This document shows positions 37,501 to 47,841 of a stretch of 64,000 bases of DNA, piece after piece. Every line of letters begins with the position of its first letter. Position 1 is the first letter of the stretch. This DNA comes from Macrostomum hystrix (lineage: Eukaryota; Animalia; Platyhelminthes), in assembly GCA_950097015.1 (NCBI GenBank), contig CATNEN010000038.1, forward strand, positions 30,008,001 through 30,072,000. The letters run 5' to 3'. The translations under genes were made by a program, and so were the position numbers. Under the pieces are notes generated by a model. The model was not told the origin of the DNA. It did no database searches and saw nothing but the letters and a program-made list of their open reading frames with translations.

Positions 37501-40500
37501 TAATTAGACCTTAATCCTACCTGTTTAGCAAATCTTAGACCTTAATCCTACCTGTTTAGCAGATCTAAGACCTCAATCCAGCATCGCAAATACAAATATT
37601 TGCATCCTGTTCAATCCAATTCAGATTGCATCAGCATTTCTAGGCTGTCTGGAGGCCTATTTGAATATGCACGAATCGTTAGTATTGTCGGCCTATTCTC
37701 CTAGCATCGGCCCAATACAGCTGGTGGTTCGAATGCGACCAATGTGTCGTCAAGCCTCTTTAGTTTACAATCTGTGCTGTGCAAACCAATCTGGCGAAGA
37801 TGTCAATCAATTTCTAAACAATAATAGCGGCTTAAAATTTCTTCAACGATTGGAAGCTTCGTTGTCTGCTCCCGCGCCTCTAGGCGCTTGCCCGTACGAG
37901 CGTTTGTTGCTAACCCACTTTCTGCAAGAATCTAGCCGGCCTTACCTGCGTCGGCTACACGACTGGGTGCAATCCGGCCTAGCCAATGCGGCCGAGCCTT
38001 CAAGCTCCGACTCCTTTGATGGTGTTGAATTTCCCGTTGTTTGCAATCCGGATTACGCCAGCCAGCGCAGTGTCGGCTACTGGCGCTCGGCTTATAGTTT
38101 AATAAGCGTCAGGCAATGGCCACTGCTGCCGCATGATGCTCAGGCTAAATTATTCTTCTGCGGCAAATCTATTAATTTATTGCGCCTATTGGATCCCAAG
38201 CATCCATTGTTGACTTCTGCCGACAATGCCGCTAGGCTGGCACTTCGTCAGTCCGCTAAGGAGCTCGCCGAGGTGGCCGAAGCTGCTGAGCGTCGCTACT
38301 CGGAGGCCAGACAGGCCGAATGGTCGGCTAGGAGGCAGCGGGCTGCAGCCGAAGCTCAACGGGCTGTCACCCTTCGCTCGTTGGCAGCTGCCGCTCGACT
38401 AGCCTCGGCGCAGGAGTTCGAAGCCCTGCAAGCGATCATTGGAGAGAGGCGTCGTGCCGAACTAAAAGCCAAACGAGAACAGGTGGAAGCATTGAAACGC
38501 GAAGCCGAGAGGTTAGGAGTGTACTTTTGTTGGGTTGCTATGGAGATCAGATTTCTTAAGATTCGATGGCTCGGGAACTGGGATCTCCAAAATTAGTAGC
38601 TAGTGCTGGGAGCTACAATCTCCGAATACTGGTTTCTATGGTTGCTTGGATCTCCGTATATTGGTTGCTATGGAGCTTGGATCTACGTATATTGGTTGCT
38701 ATGGAACTAGGATCACCGAATAGTAGTTTCTATGGAACTAGGATCTCCGAATTGTGGTTGCTATGTAACTAGGATCTCCGAATTGTGGTTGCTATGTAAC
38801 TAGGATCTCCGAATTGTGGTTGCTATGTAACTAGGATCTCCGAATTGTGGTTGCTATGTAACTAGGATCTCCGAATTGTGGTTTCTATGTAACTAGTGTT
38901 ACGTTTGAAGAACACGAAGGCACTTGGGTTTGTGAATTGCAGAAGAGCGTTATTAGAGCAGCTCCAAGTTGGCATGAGCCTGAAGCTCGCTGTTATATTT
39001 CTTTACCCTTAAGGGGCATTGAAGCTTCTAGCAAACAAGATGTACAGTAGCATTTTGCCTCAATGGCACATAGACTACTTTTAGACGAGAATAAGTCTAT
39101 AAATAAATCAGCATAGCATGCAGCATATGCAACACCCCCACCGATGCTGAAAAACGTCAGTAACCCAAACGATCAGGGGGTCGACGTTGGCGAGAACTCC
39201 GCCTCAGTTCTTGCGCCGTTTCCGTAGCTTGATTAGCCGTGACGTCGGTAGTTTTTTCCTCCGAGACGGGTTTTTGATTCTGGTCGGAATCAGATCCGTC
39301 AGTCACGTCATGAAGCTTTGGTATAATATCCGATTGATGTACCAGCCGACCCTTGTCGTCACGAAAGGTATTGGTTCCGACGGAAGTAGTAATCATTGAC
39401 GGAACCCTCTCTTCCTTGTGTTCCACACGAATGAAGACTGGTTCGGCTTGTAGTCGAGGTTGAATCCAGTCAGTGCACACTCTTGACAAGCGAGTTCTTG
39501 GCAGTTGAAGAAACACCAAACCAGCAGGAATAGAACCATTGCATTGCGGTGTAGTATTGTGAAACAGACAGAACGCGATTGCAATTCGCTCTAGTTCAGC
39601 CGCGTCAGAAATAGCGTTTGACTTCTTTAGATTAAATTTAAACTCTTCTATTATCCGCTCCACTTGCCCATTCGACTGATGGTGACCTGGAGGAGTCAGA
39701 AGGTGCTGAACGAAGTTCTCCTTTAGGAACGTGGCGAATTCGGCGGACGTGAAATTTGTACCGTTGTCTGTCACCAAGGTTTGTGGGAGACCCATGTAAT
39801 TAAATGTTTGTCGAAATGCCCGAATTACAGATTGCGATTTCATTGAATCGATATGCCGAACATCCGCCCACTTCGAGAATGCGTCTACTAGCACTAGGAA
39901 TCGGTGTCCTTTGAATATCGCGACGTCTGCGTGTACTCTCTCGAAGAACGTCTGCGCATCTTCCCAAGAGGATAAATTGGAGTTAGTTCGCTTTCTTGCG
40001 TGAAGCTGACACTGTGCACACCTTCGAACGAAGCAGTTTATCTGCGTGTCGATTCCTGGCCACCAGAAATACTGTCGTGCCAAACGAATCATGCGCACAA
40101 CTCCGGGATGATTTTCATGGAGCAGGTGTAAAATTTCCGTTCGTAATTCACTGGGTGGAACGATCCGCAATCCTTTTAACACAACACCGTTCTGAATAGT
40201 ATACTCAAGCTTCCCTTTTGAGTAAGGCAACATGACTTTCGGTAAGTACTCCGGCCATCCACCCTGAATGTAATGCTTCAGTGTCTGCAGATGGCAGTCA
40301 TTCGTCTTAGCAATTCGACGCAGTAGATCTTCGGAGTTCGCAAAAGTGTCCAGGGCATTTATTGACAGTAGGTTGACGGATTCCTTCGTTATGCAATTGC
40401 CATTTGGAAGTCGCGACAGAGTATCAGCGGCGTACATCGAATCGCCTTTGGAATATTCGATCTTGTAGTCATACGCTCGTAGAATGAGCGACCAGCGTTG

Positions 40501-43500
40501 AAGCCTGGCGGAAACACGTTCAGAAGATTTATGGTGATCGAAAATGAACTGAAGCGGTCTGTGGTCTGATAGAATTGTAAATCTTCTTCCGGCGAGAAAC
40601 TGGTGGAAATACTTAACTCCTTCGACGATAGCCAGCGCCTCTCGTTCGATATTTGCATAATTACCCTCTGCGGGTGTGAGCACTCTGCTTCCGAGCCAAA
40701 CAATCTGTCTCTGCTCTCTGTCATGAGAGAGCACGAACCCCAATCCATCCTTTGACGCATCACAAGTCAGAAACAGACGCTTTGACGAGTCGTAAGCAGT
40801 TATCGCTCCTTGTCGGATACTTTGCTTCAATCTCTTGAAGGCCTGTGAATGCTCTTTGTTCCAGAACCAGTGCTGTCCTTTCTTCAATAATGAATACAAC
40901 GGTCGAGCGATGATAGAAAAATTCTTGCAGAACAGACCGTAGTGTCGAAGAGTACACAAGGCGCTTTTTAATTGGTCTTTATCAGTGGGATCTGGCATAT
41001 TTTCCCATGCTTCTATTCTCGCTGGATCAGGCTCGAGCTTGCCGTTGTGGATAATGAACCCGAGAAACTTGACGCTTTGTAGGCATTCCTGTGACTTGCG
41101 GGCGTTAATCTTGAACCCATTGTCAGCCAAACGCTTTTTTACCTTGTTTAGCACAAGGATGTGTTGTTGTCGGTCTCCGGGAGTTCCAATTATTATATCG
41201 TCTTGATACGAAGCAGTGCATTCTACGTTTCTGAGCACATCATCCATGACTTCTTGGAAGATTAATGGTGCTGCGGAAATTCCAAACTGAAGATTTTTGA
41301 AAGCGAAGTAGCCCAGGTGCGTAGATATGCAGGTAAGTTTCTGGCTCTCAGGAGAAAGCGCAACTTGAAGAAACGCGTCTTCTAAATCCAAGACTGAATA
41401 GTACTTGGCATTAGGAATTTTAGAAAGGATTTCTTCTAGCTTTGGAAGCTTGTAGCGATAGGCATCGATTATGCGATTAAGCGTGACTGAGTAGTCGCCA
41501 CATAGACGTATTGGTCTCGCTGAGCCTTGCTGCTTTAAAACTGGAACAATTGGCGCAGAAACGGTTGGGTCTTCCACTGGATATATAATGCCTGCATTTA
41601 GCAGTCGCTTGAGCTCGGTCTCAACCATGGACTTCATAGAAAAGGGCAAAGATCTGGCTGGATATCGCATGCCGTCCGTTCTAGCATCTGAGCGGAGGCG
41701 GAAACTCGCGAGAAATCTCGAATTTGCATCACGCACCACTGGCATGCAAAGAAGATCTTCTGAAATACTTCCGTCGATGTGTAGTATGTGCAGGCGCGAT
41801 AGGAAATCCATTCCCAGTATAGCCAATAAATCGCTGCCTACATACACTTTTCCCGTGGCAGATCTTCCATCGGACAGAGTAATCGTTGCATCCTGAATGA
41901 CTGAGTATATTTCTGGCTGGAATCCGCCGTACGACTTAAGCGTTTTAGTAACTGGTTTGAATTTCAGATTGGAACCGTCAGCAACGTGCTTGGGTATGAT
42001 GGTAACTTGACTGCCTGTATCTACCAACATCTTAGCACTCGCGTCTCCAATCTTGCATGTAACAAACCACTGATGCGTTGAATGACGATCTCCGATGTCG
42101 GTTGTCGCGTAGATTGCTCCTACATGCCCATGGCTAGAATCCTCTGATCGGCACACGTTCTGCAGAGTATTAACGGTCTTGGAGCGACAAACTGCTGCCA
42201 GGTGTCCAACCTTCCCACACTTTCGGCACTGCGCATCCCTAAATCGGCACTTTGACCTGACGTGTCCTGCTTTTCCACATGTGTGGCAGTGACCAGTTTC
42301 ACGAGGCTTTGTCGGTCCTTTGCGGTTGTCCAAACTGTGCTGCTGCTTGTGGGCAGGCGTCTTTTCTGGTCTTACCCATCCGGAATGACTCTTCTTCTGC
42401 ACCGCCGCGATTGTATCCGGCTTGCTTGTTGCCATCCTAATCGACTCAGACAGCAAACCTTCTTGTATCGCGCCTTCCAAAGTGACATCCTCTCTTGAAA
42501 GAAGCTTTTGCTTTAGCACTTGATTCCGCAAGCCAAATATGTACTGCGACAGAATTAGTTCGTCTCGGAGATCACCGAATCTGCATTTGTTGGCTTGGCG
42601 CTTCAGACATTCGATGTAGGTAGCAATCGATTCACCCTCCTTTTGCACCATGGAGTGAAGCACGTGTCTCTCATAGTGAAGCAATGTTTTGGGCTTAAAA
42701 TGTGCGGTTAGCGAATTCTGGATATCATCGAACGTTACTTCCTCCTTCGTGATGTCTTTTGGCTTTGCAAGCTCTTCTATCAGTGTGAAGGCTGCGTCTC
42801 CGCATGTCGCTAGAAGTACTGCTTTGGAGTGAGCTTGCTTCCCTGAAGCCACCAGGTAAAACTGCAGTCTTTTGAAATACTGCTCGATCTCGGGATAAGA
42901 AAGAGGCAGTTCTCCAAGTCGAAAATCCAACGGCTGAGTCATCACTCCTGCGAACGTAAGGTAGTCAGTACACAGCTTCTTCAGTGAATCCAGTGGTTTT
43001 TCCTCGTCGCCATGTTACGTTTGAAGAACACGAAGGCACTTGGGTTTGTGAATTGCAGAAGAGCGTTATTAGAGCAGCTCCAAGTTGGCATGAGCCTGAA
43101 GCTCGCTGTTATATTTCTTTACCCTTAAGGGGCATTGAAGCTTCTAGCAAACAAGATGTACAGTAGCATTTTGCCTCAATGGCACATAGACTACTTTTAG
43201 ACGAGAATAAGTCTATAAATAAATCAGCATAGCATGCAGCATATGCAACAACTAGGATCTCCGAATTGTGGTTGCTATGGAACTAGGATCTCCGAATAGT
43301 AGTTTCTATGGAATTATGATCGACGAATATTGTTTTCTATGGAACTGGGAGCTCCGAGTTTTGGTTGCTATGGAACTAGGATGGCAGAATATTAGTTTCT
43401 ATGGAACTTGGATCTTTCAATTTCAATTGCCGCGGAATTCAGATTTTTAATTGGTTGCTATGGAATTGAAATCTTCGTAGTTCGATGGCTTTGATAGCTT

Positions 43501-46203
43501 GCAATTGCTTTGAATCTCTTATTTTGCTTATTTTATTTTTTTCTGTTATTTTTTATCCGAGTAAAAATATACTTTAGCAAGAAATGCACAATTTTGCATT
43601 ATATTTTATTCTCTTCCAGAGCTCGTCAAGCCAAAGCCGAAACCGCAGCGGCCGAGGCTGCCGAGGTCGATCGCGCGCTGGCCGCCGTTGAGCACGAACG
43701 TCGCGATCTAGAAGATCGAGTCCGTCAGGAGCTCCTCGCTAATTATGCCAGACTGACTGACGCAGCTGCTAGACGCGAACTTCGTGCTCTCTGGCGACTT
43801 CAGCGCCGTCGCTTGGATGAGCGCAGAGCGGCCCTCTTGTCCGCTGACGATGCCTACTGGGCCAAGGAGATGGCTGATGCAGCCGCCGCCGCCGCCACCG
43901 ATGCTGCTTCTATTCCATCTGATGGTGCTGCTTTGGCCATGGTAGATAATGCTGCAGCAATCGTTGATATTTCCCCTGCTGCCGATAAGCCTTCTGAAGT
44001 CACCGTTCAAGACAAATCTTCTAAAGCCATCGCCCAGGAGAAGCCTTCTGAAGCCATTGCTCAGGAAAAGCCTTCTGAAGCCATTGCTCAGGAAAAGCCT
44101 TCTGAAGCCATTGCTCAGGAGAAGCCTTCTGAAGTCATTGCTCAGGAGAAGCCTTCTAAAGTCATCGCTCAGGAGAAGCCTTCTGAAGTCATCGCTCAGG
44201 AGAAGCCTTCTGAAGTCATTGCTCAGGAGAAGCCTTCTGAAGTCATTGCTCAGGAGAGGCCTTCTGAAGTCATCGCTCAGGAGAAGCCTTCTGAAGTCAT
44301 TGCTCAGGAGAGGCCTTCTGAAGTCATCGCTCAGGAGAGGCCTTCTGAAGTCACCACTCAGGAGAAGCCTTCTGAAGTCATCGCTCAGGAGAGGCCCTTA
44401 GAGACAAGAACAGAACGATTTATTCATGCCAACAGTGGCCACGGACAGTCTGCCAGCCGAGAGACAAACTTTGAAAGCGCTACAGCCGTAGATCGAGCCC
44501 GTCAACGTGTCGCGATTCGTTGGCGAAATCCACACGGCCATCCAAGCGATCAGAGCTCCTCCGCAGTCGCTGCGGTAGCTCGCGGCGACGAACGTGAAGG
44601 CTCTTTGCCAGCTGTTAAGCAGCTGAAACGATTAACCGGCGAATTAGATCAAGAAAAGATCATGTCAGCGCCGGAGGATGTCGAAGCGCAGCTCACTATG
44701 CTCATTGAAGAAGAAGAACAACAACAAGTCCGAGCTGTTAAAATGGCAGACGCTGATGAGGCAATACCGACGGAGGCTGGTGTAAATAATCCGGTTGCTA
44801 CAGCAGACTCGGCAACCGATGTAAACGCGGTAGGATGGACTGTGTCCGTTATGGACGCATTTCAACTGTTGTGCGACCAGCTTCCGATGACTAACCTTCT
44901 TGCAATGCCGCGACATAATATTATCGACAATAATCCTAGCGCTTCTTCTGTTGTTGCTACGGACGCTGTCGAGCGTCTGTCCATAGCAACGCTAGCTTCC
45001 AGATCATTGTGGACTCCGCTGCAAGTTCAAGCTAGAATAGTTAACTCGGCTCTTGTGACACAGCTGCTCTACGAAGCTGACGGCGGACTTCTGCGTCATC
45101 TGCGTCGGCTCAGACGGTTTTGCTTCCTGGCCGATGGAAGCTTCTCGCAGACTTTTGTAGAACTCGCTACGAAAGAAGACGAGGCAGCCGGACCCGATGT
45201 ACTAGTTAGGTGTTTGCGCTTGGCTGAGGTAATAAGACCGTTTATATTCGACTCTGGCATGCGAATGGCTTTGCCAATTATATAGTCATAGTGATCTTTG
45301 AATCCCAAAAAATATGCGCAGCTTCACAAGTAAATTCATCACCCTAAAACAATTTATTTTTAGGAGATTGTTCGCGACTCCGAACCGTTGGACGATCAAG
45401 AAATAGTCAAATTAGGCTTCAATACTCGGCTCACCTTTGGCACCGTTGATGACCCCAGAGAGCGGCAGCAGACTCAGGACGATCTAGACGCCGAAAGCAA
45501 CGGCTCCAGTCCGCTAGATCGGATCACTTTCAACTACGAAGCAGGTTGGCCAGCTAATCTCATCCTAACTGATAGCGCAGTCGCGCGGTACACTCGTTTG
45601 ATGCGTCTGTTGCTAAGGCTTAGTCTGACTGTGGGCCGACTAACCGGCCTATTTAGTCAGCTTCGTCGAGACACTCTGGTTTGTCGCCTAGGCAACAGTC
45701 AGCAGGCGCGCTGTCTGCAGCTGTGGCGTCACGAGATGGAACACGCCGTCAAAGCCATCGGCGCCTACGCCTGCCACCAGACTCTGGACCTGTGCTGGTC
45801 GCGACTGTCTGCCGAACTCAACGAAGCCAACGATCTTGAAGCTGTTCGGGCTAGTCACGACGGCTTCCTGCGTCGATGCCTTCAACGATGCCTGTTGGAG
45901 CCAGGTGGTGAGCGGCTGTTGAAGCACGTCAGGCTGATGCTGTCATTGGCTGAGCGCTTCTGCAGAGTTTATCGATCGCACGCCTGGATTGTGAACGACA
46001 ACGCCACGGCTAATCGAACAGCTGTCAATCATCCGCAATTTGAAGCTTTGGCCAGGTGCCGCGATACGTTTAGGCAGAATGCCAAGTTTTTATTTGGCCT
46101 ACTGGCCAGACTGCGAGATCGTGCTGCTCACCTAGACGAACTCGTGCTGCGACTCGATTTCAACGGCTATTACGGTCTGGCTGATGGCAATCCGGCTGTT
46201 TGA
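34553..46203 (+). CDS. TUBGCP6: Gamma-tubulin complex component 6 (GCP6), ~1576 aa
   Basis: Five phase-consistent exons: 34553-35347, 35606-36205, 37625-38511, 43620-45228, 45364-46203. N-terminal KRRLRKVAYNALL; GRIP1 motifs (EAPYLTEAGPAAFD, RPYLRRLHDWV, FFCGKSINLLRL); coiled coil ALWRLQRRRL; repeat-rich insert; GRIP2 motifs (HLRRLRRFCFLADGSFSQ, YEAGWPANLILT, HLDELVLRLDFNGYY). AATAAA at 46245. Confidence 0.9.
35392..35545. repeat. 23-bp minisatellite (GGAGGCTAGGGTGTCAGACTTAC)n in TUBGCP6 intron 1
   Basis: About 6 tandem units. Confidence 0.9.
36240..36550. repeat. 12-bp minisatellite (TGTGACCTCCCC)n in TUBGCP6 intron 2
   Basis: About 22 degenerate units. Confidence 0.9.
36640..37575. repeat. 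31-bp minisatellite (AAGACCTTAATCCTACCTGTTTAGCAGATCT)n in TUBGCP6 intron 2
   Basis: About 30 units, increasingly homogeneous toward the 3' end; ends ~50 nt before the acceptor at 37624. Confidence 0.95.
38525..38896. repeat. 31-bp minisatellite (TGGTTGCTATGTAACTAGGATCTCCGAATTG)n, left part; it continues at 43251-43470 beyond the LTR element
   Basis: The same unit resumes in register after 43250. Confidence 0.9.
38897..39134 (-). repeat. 3' LTR (238 bp)
   Basis: Identical by eye to 43013-43250. Confidence 0.97.
39157..42945 (-). CDS. Gag-Pol polyprotein, 1262 aa (Gag, 2 CCHC knuckles, aspartic protease, RT, RNase H, integrase)
   Basis: CHTCGKAGHVRSKC and CRKCGKVGHLAAVC; LVDTGSQVT; LDLEDAFLQV, QFGISAAP, YQDD; CDASKDGLG, EREALAI, SDHRPL; HENHPG..CAQC; VHAD, TDNGTNF, SNGQVER. 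The PR-RT-RH-IN order marks Ty3/Gypsy. Confidence 0.98.
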   Translation of the reverse strand: MMTQPLDFRLGELPLSYPEIEQYFKRLQFYLVASGKQAHSKAVLLATCGDAAFTLIEELAKPKDITKEEVTFDDIQNSLTAHFKPKTLLHYERHVLHSMVQKEGESIATYIECLKRQANKCRFGDLRDELILSQYIFGLRNQVLKQKLLSREDVTLEGAIQEGLLSESIRMATSKPDTIAAVQKKSHSGWVRPEKTPAHKQQHSLDNRKGPTKPRETGHCHTCGKAGHVRSKCRFRDAQCRKCGKVGHLAAVCRSKTVNTLQNVCRSEDSSHGHVGAIYATTDIGDRHSTHQWFVTCKIGDASAKMLVDTGSQVTIIPKHVADGSNLKFKPVTKTLKSYGGFQPEIYSVIQDATITLSDGRSATGKVYVGSDLLAILGMDFLSRLHILHIDGSISEDLLCMPVVRDANSRFLASFRLRSDARTDGMRYPARSLPFSMKSMVETELKRLLNAGIIYPVEDPTVSAPIVPVLKQQGSARPIRLCGDYSVTLNRIIDAYRYKLPKLEEILSKIPNAKYYSVLDLEDAFLQVALSPESQKLTCISTHLGYFAFKNLQFGISAAPLIFQEVMDDVLRNVECTASYQDDIIIGTPGDRQQHILVLNKVKKRLADNGFKINARKSQECLQSVKFLGFIIHNGKLEPDPARIEAWENMPDPTDKDQLKSALCTLRHYGLFCKNFSIIARPLYSLLKKGQHWFWNKEHSQAFKRLKQSIRQGAITAYDSSKRLFLTCDASKDGLGFVLSHDREQRQIVWLGSRVLTPAEGNYANIEREALAIVEGVKYFHQFLAGRRFTILSDHRPLQFIFDHHKSSERVSARLQRWSLILRAYDYKIEYSKGDSMYAADTLSRLPNGNCITKESVNLLSINALDTFANSEDLLRRIAKTNDCHLQTLKHYIQGGWPEYLPKVMLPYSKGKLEYTIQNGVVLKGLRIVPPSELRTEILHLLHENHPGVVRMIRLARQYFWWPGIDTQINCFVRRCAQCQLHARKRTNSNLSSWEDAQTFFERVHADVAIFKGHRFLVLVDAFSKWADVRHIDSMKSQSVIRAFRQTFNYMGLPQTLVTDNGTNFTSAEFATFLKENFVQHLLTPPGHHQSNGQVERIIEEFKFNLKKSNAISDAAELERIAIAFCLFHNTTPQCNGSIPAGLVFLQLPRTRLSRVCTDWIQPRLQAEPVFIRVEHKEERVPSMITTSVGTNTFRDDKGRLVHQSDIIPKLHDVTDGSDSDQNQKPVSEEKTTDVTANQATETAQELRRSSRQRRPPDRLGY
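43001..43012 (-). promoter_or_regulatory. Primer-binding site TGGCGACGAGGA, complementary to the 3' end of tRNA-Ser(GCU)
   Basis: Immediately follows the 5' LTR on the minus strand; matches the conserved ...UCCUCGUCGCCA end of eukaryotic tRNA-Ser(GCU). Confidence 0.8.
43013..43250 (-). repeat. 5' LTR (238 bp)
   Basis: Identical by eye to 38897-39134. Confidence 0.97.
43985..44400 (+). repeat. Coding 27-bp tandem repeat (9-aa unit EKPSEVIAQ, about 14-15 copies) in TUBGCP6 exon 4
   Basis: In-frame AAGCCTTCTGAAGTCATTGCTCAGGAG repeats. Confidence 0.93.
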
Positions 46204-46419
46204 AATTCTCTCAGCTTGTTCGATGACGTTTCATTGACTGACTAAATAAATATTAGACTTCCGGTTGGCGTGTGAATTTCATTTTGGATTATATGCTCGT
46301 ACTATGTTCCAGTCCATGGACTGGACAACGGTTGTGACTCTTTTGTTAATTAGAACAAAGCAGAAAGACCACACTATTTATCCCGGGGAACGACCACGGT
46401 GGTATTTCAAATATCCAGT

Positions 46420-46765
46420 GCCTAATAATAATAATAATAATTGCAGGATGGCTGCGGGCAATGGCGCTTCATTTGGTGGCACTAGACCCGCAGCCAGCGA
46501 GGAGGCAATTCTGCCCATTTCGCTGACTCCTGAGCACACACGCACACAGGTGTGTACATCTGCCCTGACTTTCTCATCGTCAGGCAGTGTACACTCTCAC
46601 TGTGCCTTGGAGGTTGGCCCTTAAGGTCGTAAATTACACGACAAGCCCCCATAGCCTTCTCTCCGCGACTGCGCCCCAGATGAATGTGGCCTCGCCGCGG
46701 AATCGAACTTAGGGACCTTGGTGCGAGAGGCAAACGCGATAACCGCCCTGCCACCGACCCCCCGC
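46420..46765 (-). mobile_element. Full-length tRNA-derived SINE, family A
   Basis: Minus strand: tRNA-like head with A-box TGGCAGGGCGG and B-box GTTCGATTCC, hairpin-rich body, terminal stem GGCTGCGGG...CCCGCAGCC and an (ATT)n tail. Confidence 0.88.
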
Positions 46766-47444
46766 CATCATTGCTTACTATTGATTGAATTGTATATTTG
46801 GAGATAGGTGAACTCAATACTATATTGACGTGTTGGTCTGTTCTCCTCCTTTGGTACCTCCCCAATACCCACTGCTCCCAAACCGAATGACCGATTTTCG
46901 TGAACGTACTCGACGGTGATCTCAATTTCGGTTAAATATTTCAGTAGATATAGAAGAAAGAACATTGTGGGTATTCTACTGTACTCGTAATTAAATGCTT
47001 TGTCAAAAGTAAATTGTTCCCTGTGTGCACAACGCCTGTGTTGTCTATCTGTAAATAATTTTATGTGTTAACATAGTTTATTAATTAAGCGTAGTGTTCT
47101 ATGATCAAAGTAAAGCATTGATAAGTTATGTCGTGATGCACAAGAAAGCATTCTAGCATTTATTCAAACGAAAAACTCTCCACTTTTATAACCCGCCAAA
47201 TAAAGATTTGAAAGTTGAAACAATTTTGGTTTTATATTCCATTTATTAAATTGTGTTTAAACTCTATCGCTGTGCGATATATTATCACTGTGGTTTTCCA
47301 ATTGTTTAAAGAAAATAATTGTTTGATACAAATTGCTGTCAACCGAAAACACTAGTTGGTCCTTTTTCTTTGAACATGCATTTTTATTAGACGTTATTAA
47401 TAGGCATTTCTAGGTAATTTAGATAATTAACTTCATAAAGAGGT

Positions 47445-47650
47445 TGTAGCCTAGTTGCTAGAGCGTCGACTTGGAGGTCGGGGGTTCGATTCCACAGGAA
47501 AACTTGATGTACTTTAGCAAGACACTTAACTCTGTGGGTGTGGCGTCCCACCAGTCCACGGACTGAACAGCCGTATGCAGCCTTCAGATGCGCCGCGCAA
47601 TAGCTGCGGCTGTGCTGTCGGCTGCACATCTGGCCCAATCTTGGCCGGTG
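47445..47650 (+). mobile_element. SINE family B copy
   Basis: A-box-like TAGCCTAGTTG, B-box GGTTCGATTCC, TTAGCAAGACACTTAACTCT core-like block and the shared 3' body. Confidence 0.85.
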
Positions 47651-47841
47651 AGTTCTATTACTCGTATATCATTTCATAAAATCGAATGCTCGTCAAAGCT
47701 TCATAGAAGACAAAAATGATGCGTCTATGTTCACATAGCCCCTGTAAATATTCAGCTTTTACTATATAGGATCAGCTAGCTAAGTGTGCTATGCTTTCAG
47801 TGTAAATATCTTAACTAACAACAAAATGTCTTCATTTTCAG

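Larger units (their letters stand above)
38897..43250 (-). mobile_element. Full-length Ty3/Gypsy LTR retrotransposon (Mag-like), 4354 bp
   Basis: Identical 238-bp LTRs (38897-39134, 43013-43250) with TG...CA ends; 5-bp TSD ACTAG (38892-38896, 43251-43255); PBS TGGCGACGAGGA next to the 5' LTR; short G-rich PPT before the 3' LTR; intact gag-pol ORF. Confidence 0.98.

Noticed and set aside
46482-46525. HDV-like ribozyme in SINE A (minus-strand GCCTCCTCGCTGGC equals the HDV P3/L3 sequence; GCGAAATGGG resembles J4/2-P2)
   Set aside because: The elements are in the wrong order, no GG follows for P1.1, and the only partner for the P1 3' strand lies downstream as a simple hairpin. A structure-descriptor search or cleavage assay would be needed to revive it.
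46550-46595. Hammerhead-like CTGANGA...GAAA GTC in SINE A
   Set aside because: There is no room for stem III between GAAA and GTC and stem I is out of register; a plain hairpin explains the sequence better.
46690-46765. tRNA genes at the SINE heads (also 22085, 47445, 50040)
   Set aside because: A/B boxes are present but acceptor and anticodon stems are imperfect, and each head is fused to a shared repeat body.
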